From Planctomycetota bacterium (GTDB lineage Bacteria; Planctomycetota; PLA2; JAEUHO01), in NCBI GenBank assembly GCA_050248855.1, contig JBFWRP010000022.1:9897-73896 (forward strand): a stretch of 64,000 nt of DNA. The letters run 5' to 3'. Position 1 is the first letter of the stretch. The number at the start of each line of letters is the position of its first letter. A model generated the notes under the pieces. It had not been told where the DNA came from, searched no databases, and saw nothing but the letters and a program-made list of their open reading frames with translations. A program made the translations under genes and the position numbers. This document shows positions 38,798 through 48,238 of this stretch, piece by piece.

Positions 38798-40191
38798 TCC
38801 CCGACGACCCTTCGCGGGCCGAACCGGACCTCGAGACCGCGTCGCTCGCGGGCCGCCTGGCGCTCGTGCTGGGCCTCGGGCGCTACGGCGGCGGCCTCGA
38901 GACCACGCGCTTCCTGGTGGCCCAGGGCGCGCAGGTGCGCGTGGCCGACTCCGGCAGCCCGGAAGCACTCGCCGAGCCGGCCCAGGCCGTCCGCGACCTC
39001 GGGGCCGAGGTGGTGTTCGGCCCCCAGGATCCCGCGCTGCTGGAGGGCACGGACCTTGTGGTGGCGAGCCCCGCGATCCCCTTCGAGCACCCGCTGCTGC
39101 TCGAGGCGACACGCCAGGGCCTGCCCGTCACGACGGAGACCAACTTCGTCCTGGCCCGGGTGAAGGCCCCCGTCCTGGGGATCACCGGCACCAAAGGCAA
39201 GTCCACGACCACGGCCCTGCTGACCGCCATGCTGCGGGCCGCCGGACGCCGCGTGCACCAGGGCGGCAACATCGGACACCCCCTCGTGGCCGAGTTGGAC
39301 CGCATCGCGCCGGGCGACCTCGTGGTGCTGGAGCTCTCCTCGTTCCAGCTCTGGTGGACACGACGCATCGAGCGTTCGCCCCACGTGACGCTCGTCACCA
39401 ACCTGTTCCCCGAGCACCTGGACCGCCACGGCACGCTCGCGCACTACGCGCGCGCCAAGCGCGCGGCGCTCGACTACCACACCGCCGCCGACGTGGCCGT
39501 GCTGCCCGCGGACGACGACGCGGTGCGCAGCGCCGGCTGGCTCGATGCCGGCGAGGCCCGTCGGGTGCTCTGGGGTAGCGGTGGCGACATCGTGCTCGAC
39601 ACTGACGATGTCGTGGGCCCGTTCGGTCGCGCGTCGCTCGAAGGGCTCCAGCTCTTCGGCGCCCACAACCGCCGAAACGCCCTGGCGGCCGCGGCCGCCG
39701 CCAGTGCCGTGCTCGACCACCCCGTGCCCGCCATCGAGCAAGGCGCCCGGGACACACGGCCACTCCCCCACCGCCTCCAGCCCGTCCACGAGGAAGGTGG
39801 CGTGTTGTTCGTGGACGACAGCAACAGCACGCATCCGCAAGCCGCGATCGCGGCCCTGCGCGCGTTCGACCGCCCCATCGTCCTGATCGCCGGCGGCAAG
39901 GACAAGGGTGCCGATCGCACGGCGCTCCTCGCCGCGATCCGCCAGCACACCCGCGCCGTGGTCGCCATCGGGACCACCGGCCCCGAGCTGGCGGCGGCAC
40001 TGCCCGACCATCCCGTGACCGTTGTCACGGGCGCCATGTCCAATGCCGTGGACGCCGCGCGTCACCACGCCCGGCCCGGCGACGTGGTCCTCCTCTCGCC
40101 CGCGTTCTCGAGCCTCGACCAGTACGCGTCGTTTGCCGTGCGCGGGGAGGCGTTCCGCGAGGCGGCCGCCGCCTCGCCGAGGGCGTGCTAG
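38794..40191 (+). CDS. murD: UDP-N-acetylmuramoyl-L-alanine--D-glutamate ligase
   Basis: GLGRYGGG, SPAIP, GITGTKGKSTT, GGNIG, ELSSFQL, HLDRH, HRL, DDSNST, GGKDKG, LLSPAFSSLDQY. Confidence 0.93.
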   Translation: MIPDDPSRAEPDLETASLAGRLALVLGLGRYGGGLETTRFLVAQGAQVRVADSGSPEALAEPAQAVRDLGAEVVFGPQDPALLEGTDLVVASPAIPFEHPLLLEATRQGLPVTTETNFVLARVKAPVLGITGTKGKSTTTALLTAMLRAAGRRVHQGGNIGHPLVAELDRIAPGDLVVLELSSFQLWWTRRIERSPHVTLVTNLFPEHLDRHGTLAHYARAKRAALDYHTAADVAVLPADDDAVRSAGWLDAGEARRVLWGSGGDIVLDTDDVVGPFGRASLEGLQLFGAHNRRNALAAAAAASAVLDHPVPAIEQGARDTRPLPHRLQPVHEEGGVLFVDDSNSTHPQAAIAALRAFDRPIVLIAGGKDKGADRTALLAAIRQHTRAVVAIGTTGPELAAALPDHPVTVVTGAMSNAVDAARHHARPGDVVLLSPAFSSLDQYASFAVRGEAFREAAAASPRAC

Positions 40192-40201
40192 GCTCCCCCC
40201 C

Positions 40202-40708
40202 ATGGCCGGAGCGGTCTGCCAGCACTGCGGCGAAAACCCCGCCACCATCCACTTCACCGACATCAAGGACGATGAGCGGGTCGAGCTCCACGTCTGCGAA
40301 GAGTGCGCCGCCGCGCAGGGCATCACCAACGAGAGCGGGCTGCCCGGTGCCCTGGTCGGGATGGTCATGGCGGCCACCCGCGGTGCCTCCGCTTCCTCCC
40401 TCCAATGCCCCCACTGCGGCATGACCTGGCGCGAGTTCCGAAAGCGCGGGCGGCTGGGCTGCCCCCACGACTACGAGGTCTTCGAGTCGGTCTTGGTACC
40501 GCTCTTGGCCAACATGCACCAGGGTGCGGACCGCCACGTGGGCCGCCTCCCCCACGGGCATGGCCCCGAGTCGATCAACCGCGGCGAGCGCTTGATGGAC
40601 CTCCGCCGTCAGCTGACGACCGCCGTCGAGTCCGAGCGCTACGAACAGGCCGCCCGGCTCCGCGACGAGATCCGCACGCTCGAAGAGGGCGTCCGCGAGC
40701 AGACATGA
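40202..40708 (+). CDS. mcsA: Protein-arginine kinase activator McsA
   Basis: CxxC motifs (CQHC, CEEC, CPHC, GCPHDY), GRLGC, C-terminal UVR motif ERYEQAARLRDEI. Confidence 0.92.
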   Translation: MAGAVCQHCGENPATIHFTDIKDDERVELHVCEECAAAQGITNESGLPGALVGMVMAATRGASASSLQCPHCGMTWREFRKRGRLGCPHDYEVFESVLVPLLANMHQGADRHVGRLPHGHGPESINRGERLMDLRRQLTTAVESERYEQAARLRDEIRTLEEGVREQT

Positions 40709-40718
40709 GCGCGAAGCC

Positions 40719-41777
40719 ATGAGCACCGTGGACCTGGCCGATCTCGAACACCGGGGCGGCGAGTGGCTGCGCGGGGGCGGCGTCCATGCCGACACCGTCA
40801 TCTCCTCGCGCGTGCGCCTGGCCCGCAACATCGAAGGCTACGCCTTCGTCCCCCGCGCCAGCGAGGAGGTGCGCCAGTCCATCGTGGACCGCCTGAAGGA
40901 GCCGCTGGCCCAGCTCCAGCTCCAGACGCGCGGCTTCTACGTCGACATCGACAGCGCCAACGACCTCGACAGCGGATTCCTCGTCGAGCGCCACCTGATC
41001 AGCCGCGAGCTGCAAAACGGCACCGGCCCGCGGGGTGTGGCCTTCGGCAGCGACGAAGTGATCGCCATCATGGTCAACGAAGAGGACCACCTGCGCATCC
41101 AGGCGGTCAAGGCCAGCTTCGCCATCCGCGAGGCCTACGAGCGGGCCCTGCACATCGACCAGATGATGGAGCAGCAGGTGCCCTTTGCCGCCAGCGACCG
41201 CTGGGGCTACCTCACCTCCTGCCCCACCAACGTGGGCACGGGGCTTCGTGCCAGCGTCATGCTGCACCTCCCGGCCCTCGTCCAGATGAAGCAGGTCGAG
41301 AAGCTCTTCCACGCCACCAAGCACACGGGCCTCACCGTCCGCGGCTTCTACGGCGAAGGCACCATGGCTTCGGGCGACCTCTACCAGATCAGCAACCAGG
41401 TGACGCTCGGCAAGGACGAGAACGCCATCCTCGAGGGCCTCGAGAAGATGCTCCCGGCGATCCTGCGCTACGAGGCCCGCTGCCGCGACGAGCTCCAGGC
41501 CCCCCGCCATCGCCTGAAGCTCGAGGACCGCTGCCACCGGGCCCTGGCCCTCCTTCGCAGCGCCCGCATGCTCTCCAGCGACGAGGCCATGCAGCAACTC
41601 TCCCTCGTCCGCCTGGGGCTGGTCCTTGGGGTGCTGGGCGGCATCGAGCTGGCCCGCGTCAATGAGCTGTTTGCGCTGGTCCAGCCGGCCCACGTCCAAA
41701 AACTGGCGGAGTCGGCGATGGAGAGCAGCGACCGCGATGCGGCCAGGGCGGCGTTGGTGCGGCGGGCGTTGGCTTGA
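40719..41777 (+). CDS. mcsB: Protein arginine kinase McsB
   Basis: SSRVRLARN, ERHLIS, NEEDHLRIQ, GYLTSCPTNVGTGLRAS, RGFYGEG, QISNQVTLG. Confidence 0.95.
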   Translation: MSTVDLADLEHRGGEWLRGGGVHADTVISSRVRLARNIEGYAFVPRASEEVRQSIVDRLKEPLAQLQLQTRGFYVDIDSANDLDSGFLVERHLISRELQNGTGPRGVAFGSDEVIAIMVNEEDHLRIQAVKASFAIREAYERALHIDQMMEQQVPFAASDRWGYLTSCPTNVGTGLRASVMLHLPALVQMKQVEKLFHATKHTGLTVRGFYGEGTMASGDLYQISNQVTLGKDENAILEGLEKMLPAILRYEARCRDELQAPRHRLKLEDRCHRALALLRSARMLSSDEAMQQLSLVRLGLVLGVLGGIELARVNELFALVQPAHVQKLAESAMESSDRDAARAALVRRALA

Positions 41778-41811
41778 GCGCCGCTAACGCAGGTGCTCCG
41801 CGACGAGGCCG

Positions 41812-42720
41812 ATGAGAGCCGAGGCATCGATCAAGAAGGGCATCGTACTGGCAGGAGGAGCCGGTACGCGCCTCTATCCACTGACACTGGCCACGAGCAA
41901 GCAACTGCTCCCAGTGCACGACAAGCCGATGGTGTACTACCCGCTATCGGTGCTGATGTTGGCCGGTCTGCGCGACATCCTGCTGATCAGTACGCCTCGC
42001 GACCTGCCTCTGTTCGAGCGGCTGCTCGGCGATGGCTCCAACTGGGGGATCCACATCCAGTACGCTCCTCAGCCGAAGCCGGGTGGCCTGGCGCAAGCGT
42101 TCTTGATTGGACGCGACTTCATCGGGAACGAAGGCGTCGCACTCATTCTTGGAGACAACATCTTCCACGGCAGCGGGTTCGTGCCGCTGCTGAGGTCCGC
42201 CGTTCACCGCGGGGAGGGAGCCACCGTGTTCGCCTACCAGGTAGGCGATCCGGAGCGGTACGGCGTCGTGGAGCTTGACGCAGGCGGTCGGCCCATGTCC
42301 ATCGAGGAGAAGCCCCAACAGCCCAAGTCTTCGCTCGCCGTGACCGGGCTGTACTTCTACGACAACGAAGTCGTTCGCATCGCCGAAGGACTCGAGCCTT
42401 CTGCGCGTGGCGAGCTGGAGATCTCCGACGTCAATCGCACGTACTTGGAGCGGGGTCGGCTGCGCGTCGAGTGCCTCGGACGGGGCTTCGCCTGGCTTGA
42501 TACGGGTACGCCGGAGTCACTGCTTCAGGCGGCCACGTACGTGCAAACTCTGGAAGAGCGCCAGAATCTCCGCATCGGCTGCCCTGAGGAAATCGCTTGG
42601 CGAAGTGGCTTCATTGACCAAGCACAGCTTCTGGCCCTGGCCGGACGGCAGACCGGTAGCTCGTACGGCACGTACCTGCGAGAATTGGCCGTTCACCCGC
42701 GTACGTCTGCCATGCCGTGA
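41812..42720 (+). CDS. rfbA: Glucose-1-phosphate thymidylyltransferase
   Basis: [43 protein letters not shown]. Confidence 0.95.
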   Translation: MRAEASIKKGIVLAGGAGTRLYPLTLATSKQLLPVHDKPMVYYPLSVLMLAGLRDILLISTPRDLPLFERLLGDGSNWGIHIQYAPQPKPGGLAQAFLIGRDFIGNEGVALILGDNIFHGSGFVPLLRSAVHRGEGATVFAYQVGDPERYGVVELDAGGRPMSIEEKPQQPKSSLAVTGLYFYDNEVVRIAEGLEPSARGELEISDVNRTYLERGRLRVECLGRGFAWLDTGTPESLLQAATYVQTLEERQNLRIGCPEEIAWRSGFIDQAQLLALAGRQTGSSYGTYLRELAVHPRTSAMP

Positions 42721-42808
42721 GGTGCGGCGGCCCTCGGTGATTGACGATGACCTGACTGCGCATGGGTCACCCTGACGCCCTGAACTGCCCCCTGAGCTAC
42801 CCAGCGCG

Positions 42809-43597
42809 CTATGGACGCAGGGCCATGTCTGCAATCACGTGGTCTGCTGCTCGGAGGCCCTCCATGCCCCGGGCGGCATCGTCGAGGGGGCGGGGCGTGT
42901 ATCCGGCCTGCGCGAGGATCGCGCCAACCGCGCGCCCGATCTCGAGGCCGTGTGTCTCGATGAGCCAGCTCGCCGAGCCCTCTCCCAGGATGACCGCGGC
43001 GCCCGCGAGAGAGTCCACCTCTGCCCCTTCGATGTCCATCTTGATCAAATCAGGGGAGCCGTGCGTACGCGCCAGCTCATCCAGGGTCAGGAACTGAAGC
43101 GGTCCCTCACCCGACGCGTCCTGCGCGACCTTGGCAAGCGGGGATCCGGGGCGATCCGCTTGCAGCCTCCCCAAGCCCGTCGCGGCCCCGACGGCGGCAT
43201 GCACGGCCGTCAGCCGCAGGCCCGGGTTGAGCGTCGCTTGCTCGCGCAAGCTCTCGATGTTGGCCGGATCGGGATCGACTGCGATCACCTCACCCTCGGG
43301 GCCGACGAGCCTGGCCAAGACGAGGCTGAAGAACCCGGCATTGGCGCCGATGTCGAAGACGCGCATCCCCGGACGCACGAGCCGCGCGAGAGCTGCTTGG
43401 ACGTCGGGCTCGTAGATCCCGAGCCAGTAGCCGTTCACGTAGCGGTGGTGGCGACGCCACCGTAGTCCCGCCGCGTGGCCGTAGCGGATCGTGGTGACCG
43501 AGCCCTCGCGGTACAGAGAGCCGAGCCAGCGCAACACGCGACCGACGACCGGCGCGTGGGCCAGCCGCCTCACGAGGTTCCCGCTGCTGGGCACCAT
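42809..43597 (-). CDS. FkbM-family methyltransferase
   Basis: FDIGANAGFFS, KMDIEGAE, IETHG; GGAGGA RBS before ATG 43597. Confidence 0.88.
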   Translation of the reverse strand: MVPSSGNLVRRLAHAPVVGRVLRWLGSLYREGSVTTIRYGHAAGLRWRRHHRYVNGYWLGIYEPDVQAALARLVRPGMRVFDIGANAGFFSLVLARLVGPEGEVIAVDPDPANIESLREQATLNPGLRLTAVHAAVGAATGLGRLQADRPGSPLAKVAQDASGEGPLQFLTLDELARTHGSPDLIKMDIEGAEVDSLAGAAVILGEGSASWLIETHGLEIGRAVGAILAQAGYTPRPLDDAARGMEGLRAADHVIADMALRP

Positions 43598-43684
43598 CCG
43601 TCCTCCCCCCGCACGATCGCCGCGCTGCGCATGAAGTCCAGCGGCAATTCGCCCCTGCACATGCGGCAAGTGCTCGGCGCGCGG

Positions 43685-44526
43685 CTAGGGCGTGTACGAG
43701 AACAGCTTCCTGAAGTAGCGGCCAAGGATGGCGAGCTTGAGCATGGCGAGGAAGGTCGCGGCAAGTTTCTCGAAGCGAGTCCCGATGCGGCGGCACTCCT
43801 TGAGCCAGTTGATGCATCGCTCCACGACGTTCCTGCGGCGGTAGGCTTCGCGGTCGAACGGCTTCTTGGCGGGCGGCTGATTGGAGCGGCGCGGGATGAT
43901 CGCCTCGATCCGGCGGCGGGCGAGCCACTTGCGAATCCAGTCATAGCTGTAGCCCTTGTCGCCAGCCAGGCGGAGAGGCCGCCGACGCACCCCGCCCCGC
44001 GCTTGCACGATGCGTACGGCGTCCAGCGTGTCTTCGAAGGCACGGGACTCGTGCCGCTGCCCTGGCGTCACGGTCACCGCGAGAGGCAAGCCGTGGGAGT
44101 CCGTCACCACGTGCACCTTCGTGCCGAAACCGCCGCGAGAGCGGCCTAACGCCTGATCTTCGGGGGTTTGGTCCCCCCCTTTTTCGGCGCGCCGGCAGCG
44201 GCCTTCGCCGCTCGCACCGACGTGCCGTCGATGCACCAAAGTTCCCGGTCGATGCTGCCGTCTCGATCCAGCCGCGTCTGCAGCCTCGCCATCATCTGAT
44301 CGATGACACCGCTGCGCTCCCACGCACGAAACCGGAAGTACACCGTCGTCCACGGTCCGTAGCACTCCGGCAGGTCGCGCCATGGCGCTCCCGTGCGGAG
44401 GATCCAGAACACTCCGTTGAGCACCTGCCGAGGGTCTCTCGGCGGGCGACCCATGGTCTGTCGCGCAGGCAGGCAGTCGCGCACCGCCTCCCACGCCGCG
44501 TCGTCGATGTCGTGCCTTCCAACCAT
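43685..44526 (-). CDS. IS5-family DDE transposase, two ORFs joined by a predicted -1 frameshift
   Basis: orfA 44146-44526 (LRTGAPWRDLP, YGPWTTVY, IDGT); orfB to 43685 (GRSRGG.GTKVH, GDKGY, YRRRNVVERCINWLK); A5G7 slippery run at 44173-44184. Confidence 0.9.
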
Positions 44527-44607
44527 GTGGCCCTCCCATTGGAGGGCCGACCCGGGACAGGCGCCCAATACCTCTAGATCGGCTGTTTCAGACTTCTCGT
44601 ACAGGCC
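43689..44607 (-). mobile_element. IS5-family (IS427-like) insertion sequence, about 920 bp
   Basis: 14-bp terminal IRs GGCGTGTACGAGAA (43689-43702) / TTCTCGTACAGGCC (44594-44607), 13/14 match; CTAG duplicated at 43685-43688 and 44608-44611. Confidence 0.92.
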
Positions 44608-44704
44608 CTAGCCGCCTCGCGCGACCCTACGCCGAGTATCTTGCTTGCGCGCCCCTGTCCGTGACAGGCCAGCGACCGCGGTCTGCATCGCGACGGAGCC
44701 CTGG

Positions 44705-45265
44705 ATGCCCTTCGAGTTCGAGCCCTTGGATCTGGCCGGCGTGGTGTTGGTACGCGCGCGGGTGATGGAGGATGCGCGAGGGCACTTCCTCGAGGCGTAC
44801 AAGTGCTCGGCCTTCGAAGGGGCTGGTATCGCGGGGCCGTTCGTGCAGGAGAACGTGTCGCGCTCGGGGCGAGGCGTTCTGCGGGGCATCCACTACCAGC
44901 TCTCCCCCCATGCCCAGGGCAAGGTTGTGCAGGTGACGGCGGGGTCGGTGTTCGATGTGTGCGTGGACCTGCGGCGCGGCTCCCCGACGTTCGGCTCGTG
45001 GCTCGGACGCAGGCTGGACGCCGACCGGTACGAGATGCTCTACGTGCCGCCGGGGTTCGGACACGGCTTCGTGGTGCTGTCCGAGACTGCCGACGTCTCC
45101 TACCGCTGTACCGCCGAGTACGCGCCCGCGAGCGAGCGCGGCGTCCGCTGGGATGACCGGGATCTGGCGATCTCCTGGCCCGTCGCCGACCCGATCGTGT
45201 CCGCGAAGGATGCGGCGCTACCGCCGCTTCGCCAGGCCGAGGTGTTCGAGGCGCCGCAGCCGTGA
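44705..45265 (+). CDS. rfbC: dTDP-4-dehydrorhamnose 3,5-epimerase
   Basis: DARGHFLE, VQENVS, GVLRGIHYQ, QGKVV, DLRRGSPTFG, GFGHGF. Confidence 0.93.
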   Translation: MPFEFEPLDLAGVVLVRARVMEDARGHFLEAYKCSAFEGAGIAGPFVQENVSRSGRGVLRGIHYQLSPHAQGKVVQVTAGSVFDVCVDLRRGSPTFGSWLGRRLDADRYEMLYVPPGFGHGFVVLSETADVSYRCTAEYAPASERGVRWDDRDLAISWPVADPIVSAKDAALPPLRQAEVFEAPQP

Positions 45266-46140
45266 TCTGGCTAACCGGCAGCAGCGGCCTGCTGGGCCGC
45301 GAGGTCGTGGGCCTCGCGGCGGCACGAGGGCTTCCGCTCCTGGGTCCAGGACAACGCGTGGACGTCACGGACCGCGAGGCGGTCCTGCGCTTCGCCGGCA
45401 CACACCGACCCCGGTGGATCCTGAACGGCGCGGCCTACACGGATGTCGACGGTGCGGAAAGGGAGGCAATCAAGGCGACCCACGTCAACGCCGAGGCTCC
45501 GGCGCATCTCGCCGAGGCGGCGGGCGAGGTCGGCGCCGTGCTGGTGCACGTGTCAACCGACTACGTGTTCGACGGGCAGAAGAAGGCGCCCTACACGGAG
45601 GACGACGCCCCCGCCCCGCTCGGTGCCTACGGTCGCTCCAAGCGGGCCGGCGAGGAGGTCATCCGGGCTAGCGGCGTGCCGCACGTCATCGTTCGCACGT
45701 CCTGGCTCCACGGCCCCCTGGGCCGGAGCTTCGTGGGCACCGTGCTGGCCAAGATGCAACGCGGGGAGCCGCTGCGTGTGGTCGTCGACCAGCAGGGACG
45801 CCCGACGTACGCGGAGGACTTGGCGGGCGTGCTGCTGGAGCTGACGCAGGCGGACACTGGGGTCTTCGGCACCTACCACGTGGCAGGACGCGGTGGCTGC
45901 ACGTGGTTCGAGCTCGCCCTCGAGGTCCAACGTCACGCGCGGGCGATGGGACTTCTCGTGCACGACGTACCGATCGAGCCGGTCCCTGCCTCGACCCTCG
46001 CCTCGACCACTCTCCGTCCCGCCTACTCCGTGCTGTCCACGGATCGCATCGAAGCTGCCTTGGGGTGGCATCCGCGTCCCTGGCAGGATGGCGTGGCACG
46101 CCATTTGGGACGCGTGCGGCCGGAACGCGGGAACCGATGA
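45262..46140 (+). CDS. rfbD: dTDP-4-dehydrorhamnose reductase
   Basis: GSSGLLG, AAYTDVD, STDYVFDG, YGRSK, DQQGRPT. Confidence 0.93.
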   Translation: MIWLTGSSGLLGREVVGLAAARGLPLLGPGQRVDVTDREAVLRFAGTHRPRWILNGAAYTDVDGAEREAIKATHVNAEAPAHLAEAAGEVGAVLVHVSTDYVFDGQKKAPYTEDDAPAPLGAYGRSKRAGEEVIRASGVPHVIVRTSWLHGPLGRSFVGTVLAKMQRGEPLRVVVDQQGRPTYAEDLAGVLLELTQADTGVFGTYHVAGRGGCTWFELALEVQRHARAMGLLVHDVPIEPVPASTLASTTLRPAYSVLSTDRIEAALGWHPRPWQDGVARHLGRVRPERGNR

Positions 46141-47177
46141 GCGAGCGAGCCCTCCACAACGTGCTGGTCACCGGGGGCGCGGGCTTCATCGGGAGCAACT
46201 TCCTCGCCTACCTCCTGGCGCAGCCGGAATTCGAAGGGCGCGTCGTCAACGTCGACGCCCTGACCTACGCGGGAAACCCTGCCAACCTGGAAGGCCTTCG
46301 CGGCCATCCCCGCTACAGGTTCGAGCATGTCGACGTCCGCGATCGTGCAGCCCTCGACCGCGTGTTCGCGGAGCACGAGGTGGACACCGTGGTCCACTTG
46401 GCGGCGGAGAGCCATGTCGACCGGTCCATCGCGGCCCCGGCCGACTTCATCACGACCAACATCGTGGGGACGTTCCAGTTGCTGGAGGCTGCCCGGCAGG
46501 CATGGAGGGGGCGGCAGGACGTCCTGTTCCATCACGTGAGCACCGACGAGGTGTACGGATCGCTCGGGCCCGAGGGGCGCTTCACCGAGCGTACTCCATA
46601 CGACCCGCGCAGCCCGTACTCGGCATCGAAGGCTTCGGCCGATCACCTCGTGCGTGCCTATGCCCACACGTATGGCCTGCCGACAACGATCTCGAACTGC
46701 TCGAACAACTACGGACCCTGGCAGTTCCCGGAGAAGCTTGTCCCGGTGGTGATCTTGGCCCTGCTCGAGGGCAAGCGCGTGCCCATCTACGGCGATGGTC
46801 TGTACGTGCGCGACTGGCTGCACGTGCAAGACCATGCGAGTGCCCTGTGGACGGTGCTTCGTCGCTCGCCGGCGGGCGAGACGTGGAACGTGGGCGCCAA
46901 CAACGAGCGCACCAACCTGGAGATCGTCCAGATGCTCTGCGACATCGTGGCGGCGCGCCGGGGCATCGCGCCCGAAGGTCTGCGCAAGCTGATTCGCCAT
47001 GTCCCGGATCGCCCGGGCCACGATCGGCGCTACGCCATCGACGGCAGCAAACTGAGTACGCGACTGGGTTGGTCGCCATCCATCGGGTTCGCCCGGGGCA
47101 TCGAGACCACCGTCGATTGGTCCATGGACAATCTTGCATGGCTCCAGAGCGTCAGGGCCCGAGCAAGTCGCAGATAG
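46137..47177 (+). CDS. rfbB: dTDP-glucose 4,6-dehydratase
   Basis: GGAGFIGSNF, LTYAGN, AAESHVDRSI, STDEVYG, YSASK, DRPGHDRRY. Confidence 0.95.
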   Translation: MSERALHNVLVTGGAGFIGSNFLAYLLAQPEFEGRVVNVDALTYAGNPANLEGLRGHPRYRFEHVDVRDRAALDRVFAEHEVDTVVHLAAESHVDRSIAAPADFITTNIVGTFQLLEAARQAWRGRQDVLFHHVSTDEVYGSLGPEGRFTERTPYDPRSPYSASKASADHLVRAYAHTYGLPTTISNCSNNYGPWQFPEKLVPVVILALLEGKRVPIYGDGLYVRDWLHVQDHASALWTVLRRSPAGETWNVGANNERTNLEIVQMLCDIVAARRGIAPEGLRKLIRHVPDRPGHDRRYAIDGSKLSTRLGWSPSIGFARGIETTVDWSMDNLAWLQSVRARASRR

Positions 47178-47227
47178 CCGCTGGCGCAGGGGAGACGCCT
47201 CACGGCATCGCGCGTGGTGCGCATCCG

Positions 47228-48238
47228 TCAATCGCCAAGGAGCTTGCGGCGGAGGAGTTCATCGACGAGGAGCTCGGTGAAGCTGGGCGCGTCCGTGCCG
47301 TCCAGGTGGCTGCCGTCCGGCAGGGGAAAGGCGGCGAGCACAGGGATGCTGGTGGCGTCGAGCGTCGGTGATTCGGCCTCGGCGGCGAAGGCGCGGAACA
47401 CATCCTCCACGTGGAGACCCTCCTCGGGGTCGCCGGGCTCGGGGTCATTGAGGGGCATCAGCAGGAAGACGACGCGCCCACCGCGCTTGGCGATCTCTCG
47501 AGCCCACGCATCGGCTTGGCGGGAGCGGCCCCGACTGGCTTCGAGTACCTGCTCGTCGGCCACGCGCCGCCGCGCGACCTCGCGGCGCAGGGCCGCCAGA
47601 CGATCGGCCGGCACGCGGTCGTAGTAGGCCAAGCGCCCGCGGTCGGCCCCCAGCACGACGTGCGTGGGACCGCGGGGCAGCTCGCCGGTCTGGCCGAGGG
47701 TGCGGAGCGCATTGGGCAGGGAGAGGGCGGGCCTCAGGCTCGTGACGTGCGTCTGGACCCAGGTGGCCAGCGCGCGCTCGGTCCGGACGGCAGGCCCCCA
47801 TGCCGTGTGGTACGTGCGCAGGTACTCGTGAGCGGCGTCGGGGGGGAAGGAAGAGAAGGGGAGCCACGACACCAGCACCGTGCCGCGGAAGTCCGGGTCG
47901 CGGGCGAGGTCCTCGAGCACGGGATCGCAGAGCGTGCCGTCGATGGCCAGCTGCACGATGGGCCGGCCGGGGAGCTTGCGACGCAGCGTCTCGAGGTGGA
48001 TGCCCAGCTGCAGGCGCGAGGCCCCGACCAGGACCACGGCGCCGGGCTCGTACACGCGGCTTCGCTCTTGCGCCCAGAGGCCGGCGTCGTCCACGAGCGC
48101 CGGGGCCAGCGAGCGGCTTCGCCAGAAGTGCTCGAGTGCGCCGACGCAGGCCCCGAAGAGCACCACGGCGAGGAGGGCCGTCCGTCGCCACGGCAGCGAA
48201 GGCCGGCGGCCGTCAGAACTGGAAGTAGATGAAGGCAC
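47228..48238 (-). CDS. Membrane-anchored periplasmic SGNH-like partner of MBOAT
   Basis: N-terminal TM, LVGASR block I, LPDGSHL (DxxH); overlaps the MBOAT gene end. Confidence 0.7.
   Translation of the reverse strand: MPSSTSSSDGRRPSLPWRRTALLAVVLFGACVGALEHFWRSRSLAPALVDDAGLWAQERSRVYEPGAVVLVGASRLQLGIHLETLRRKLPGRPIVQLAIDGTLCDPVLEDLARDPDFRGTVLVSWLPFSSFPPDAAHEYLRTYHTAWGPAVRTERALATWVQTHVTSLRPALSLPNALRTLGQTGELPRGPTHVVLGADRGRLAYYDRVPADRLAALRREVARRRVADEQVLEASRGRSRQADAWAREIAKRGGRVVFLLMPLNDPEPGDPEEGLHVEDVFRAFAAEAESPTLDATSIPVLAAFPLPDGSHLDGTDAPSFTELLVDELLRRKLLGD

Noticed and set aside
44146..44184. Split transposase as a pseudogene
   Set aside because: The overlap sits on an A5G7 slippery run typical of programmed frameshifting, and the IRs and target duplication are intact.
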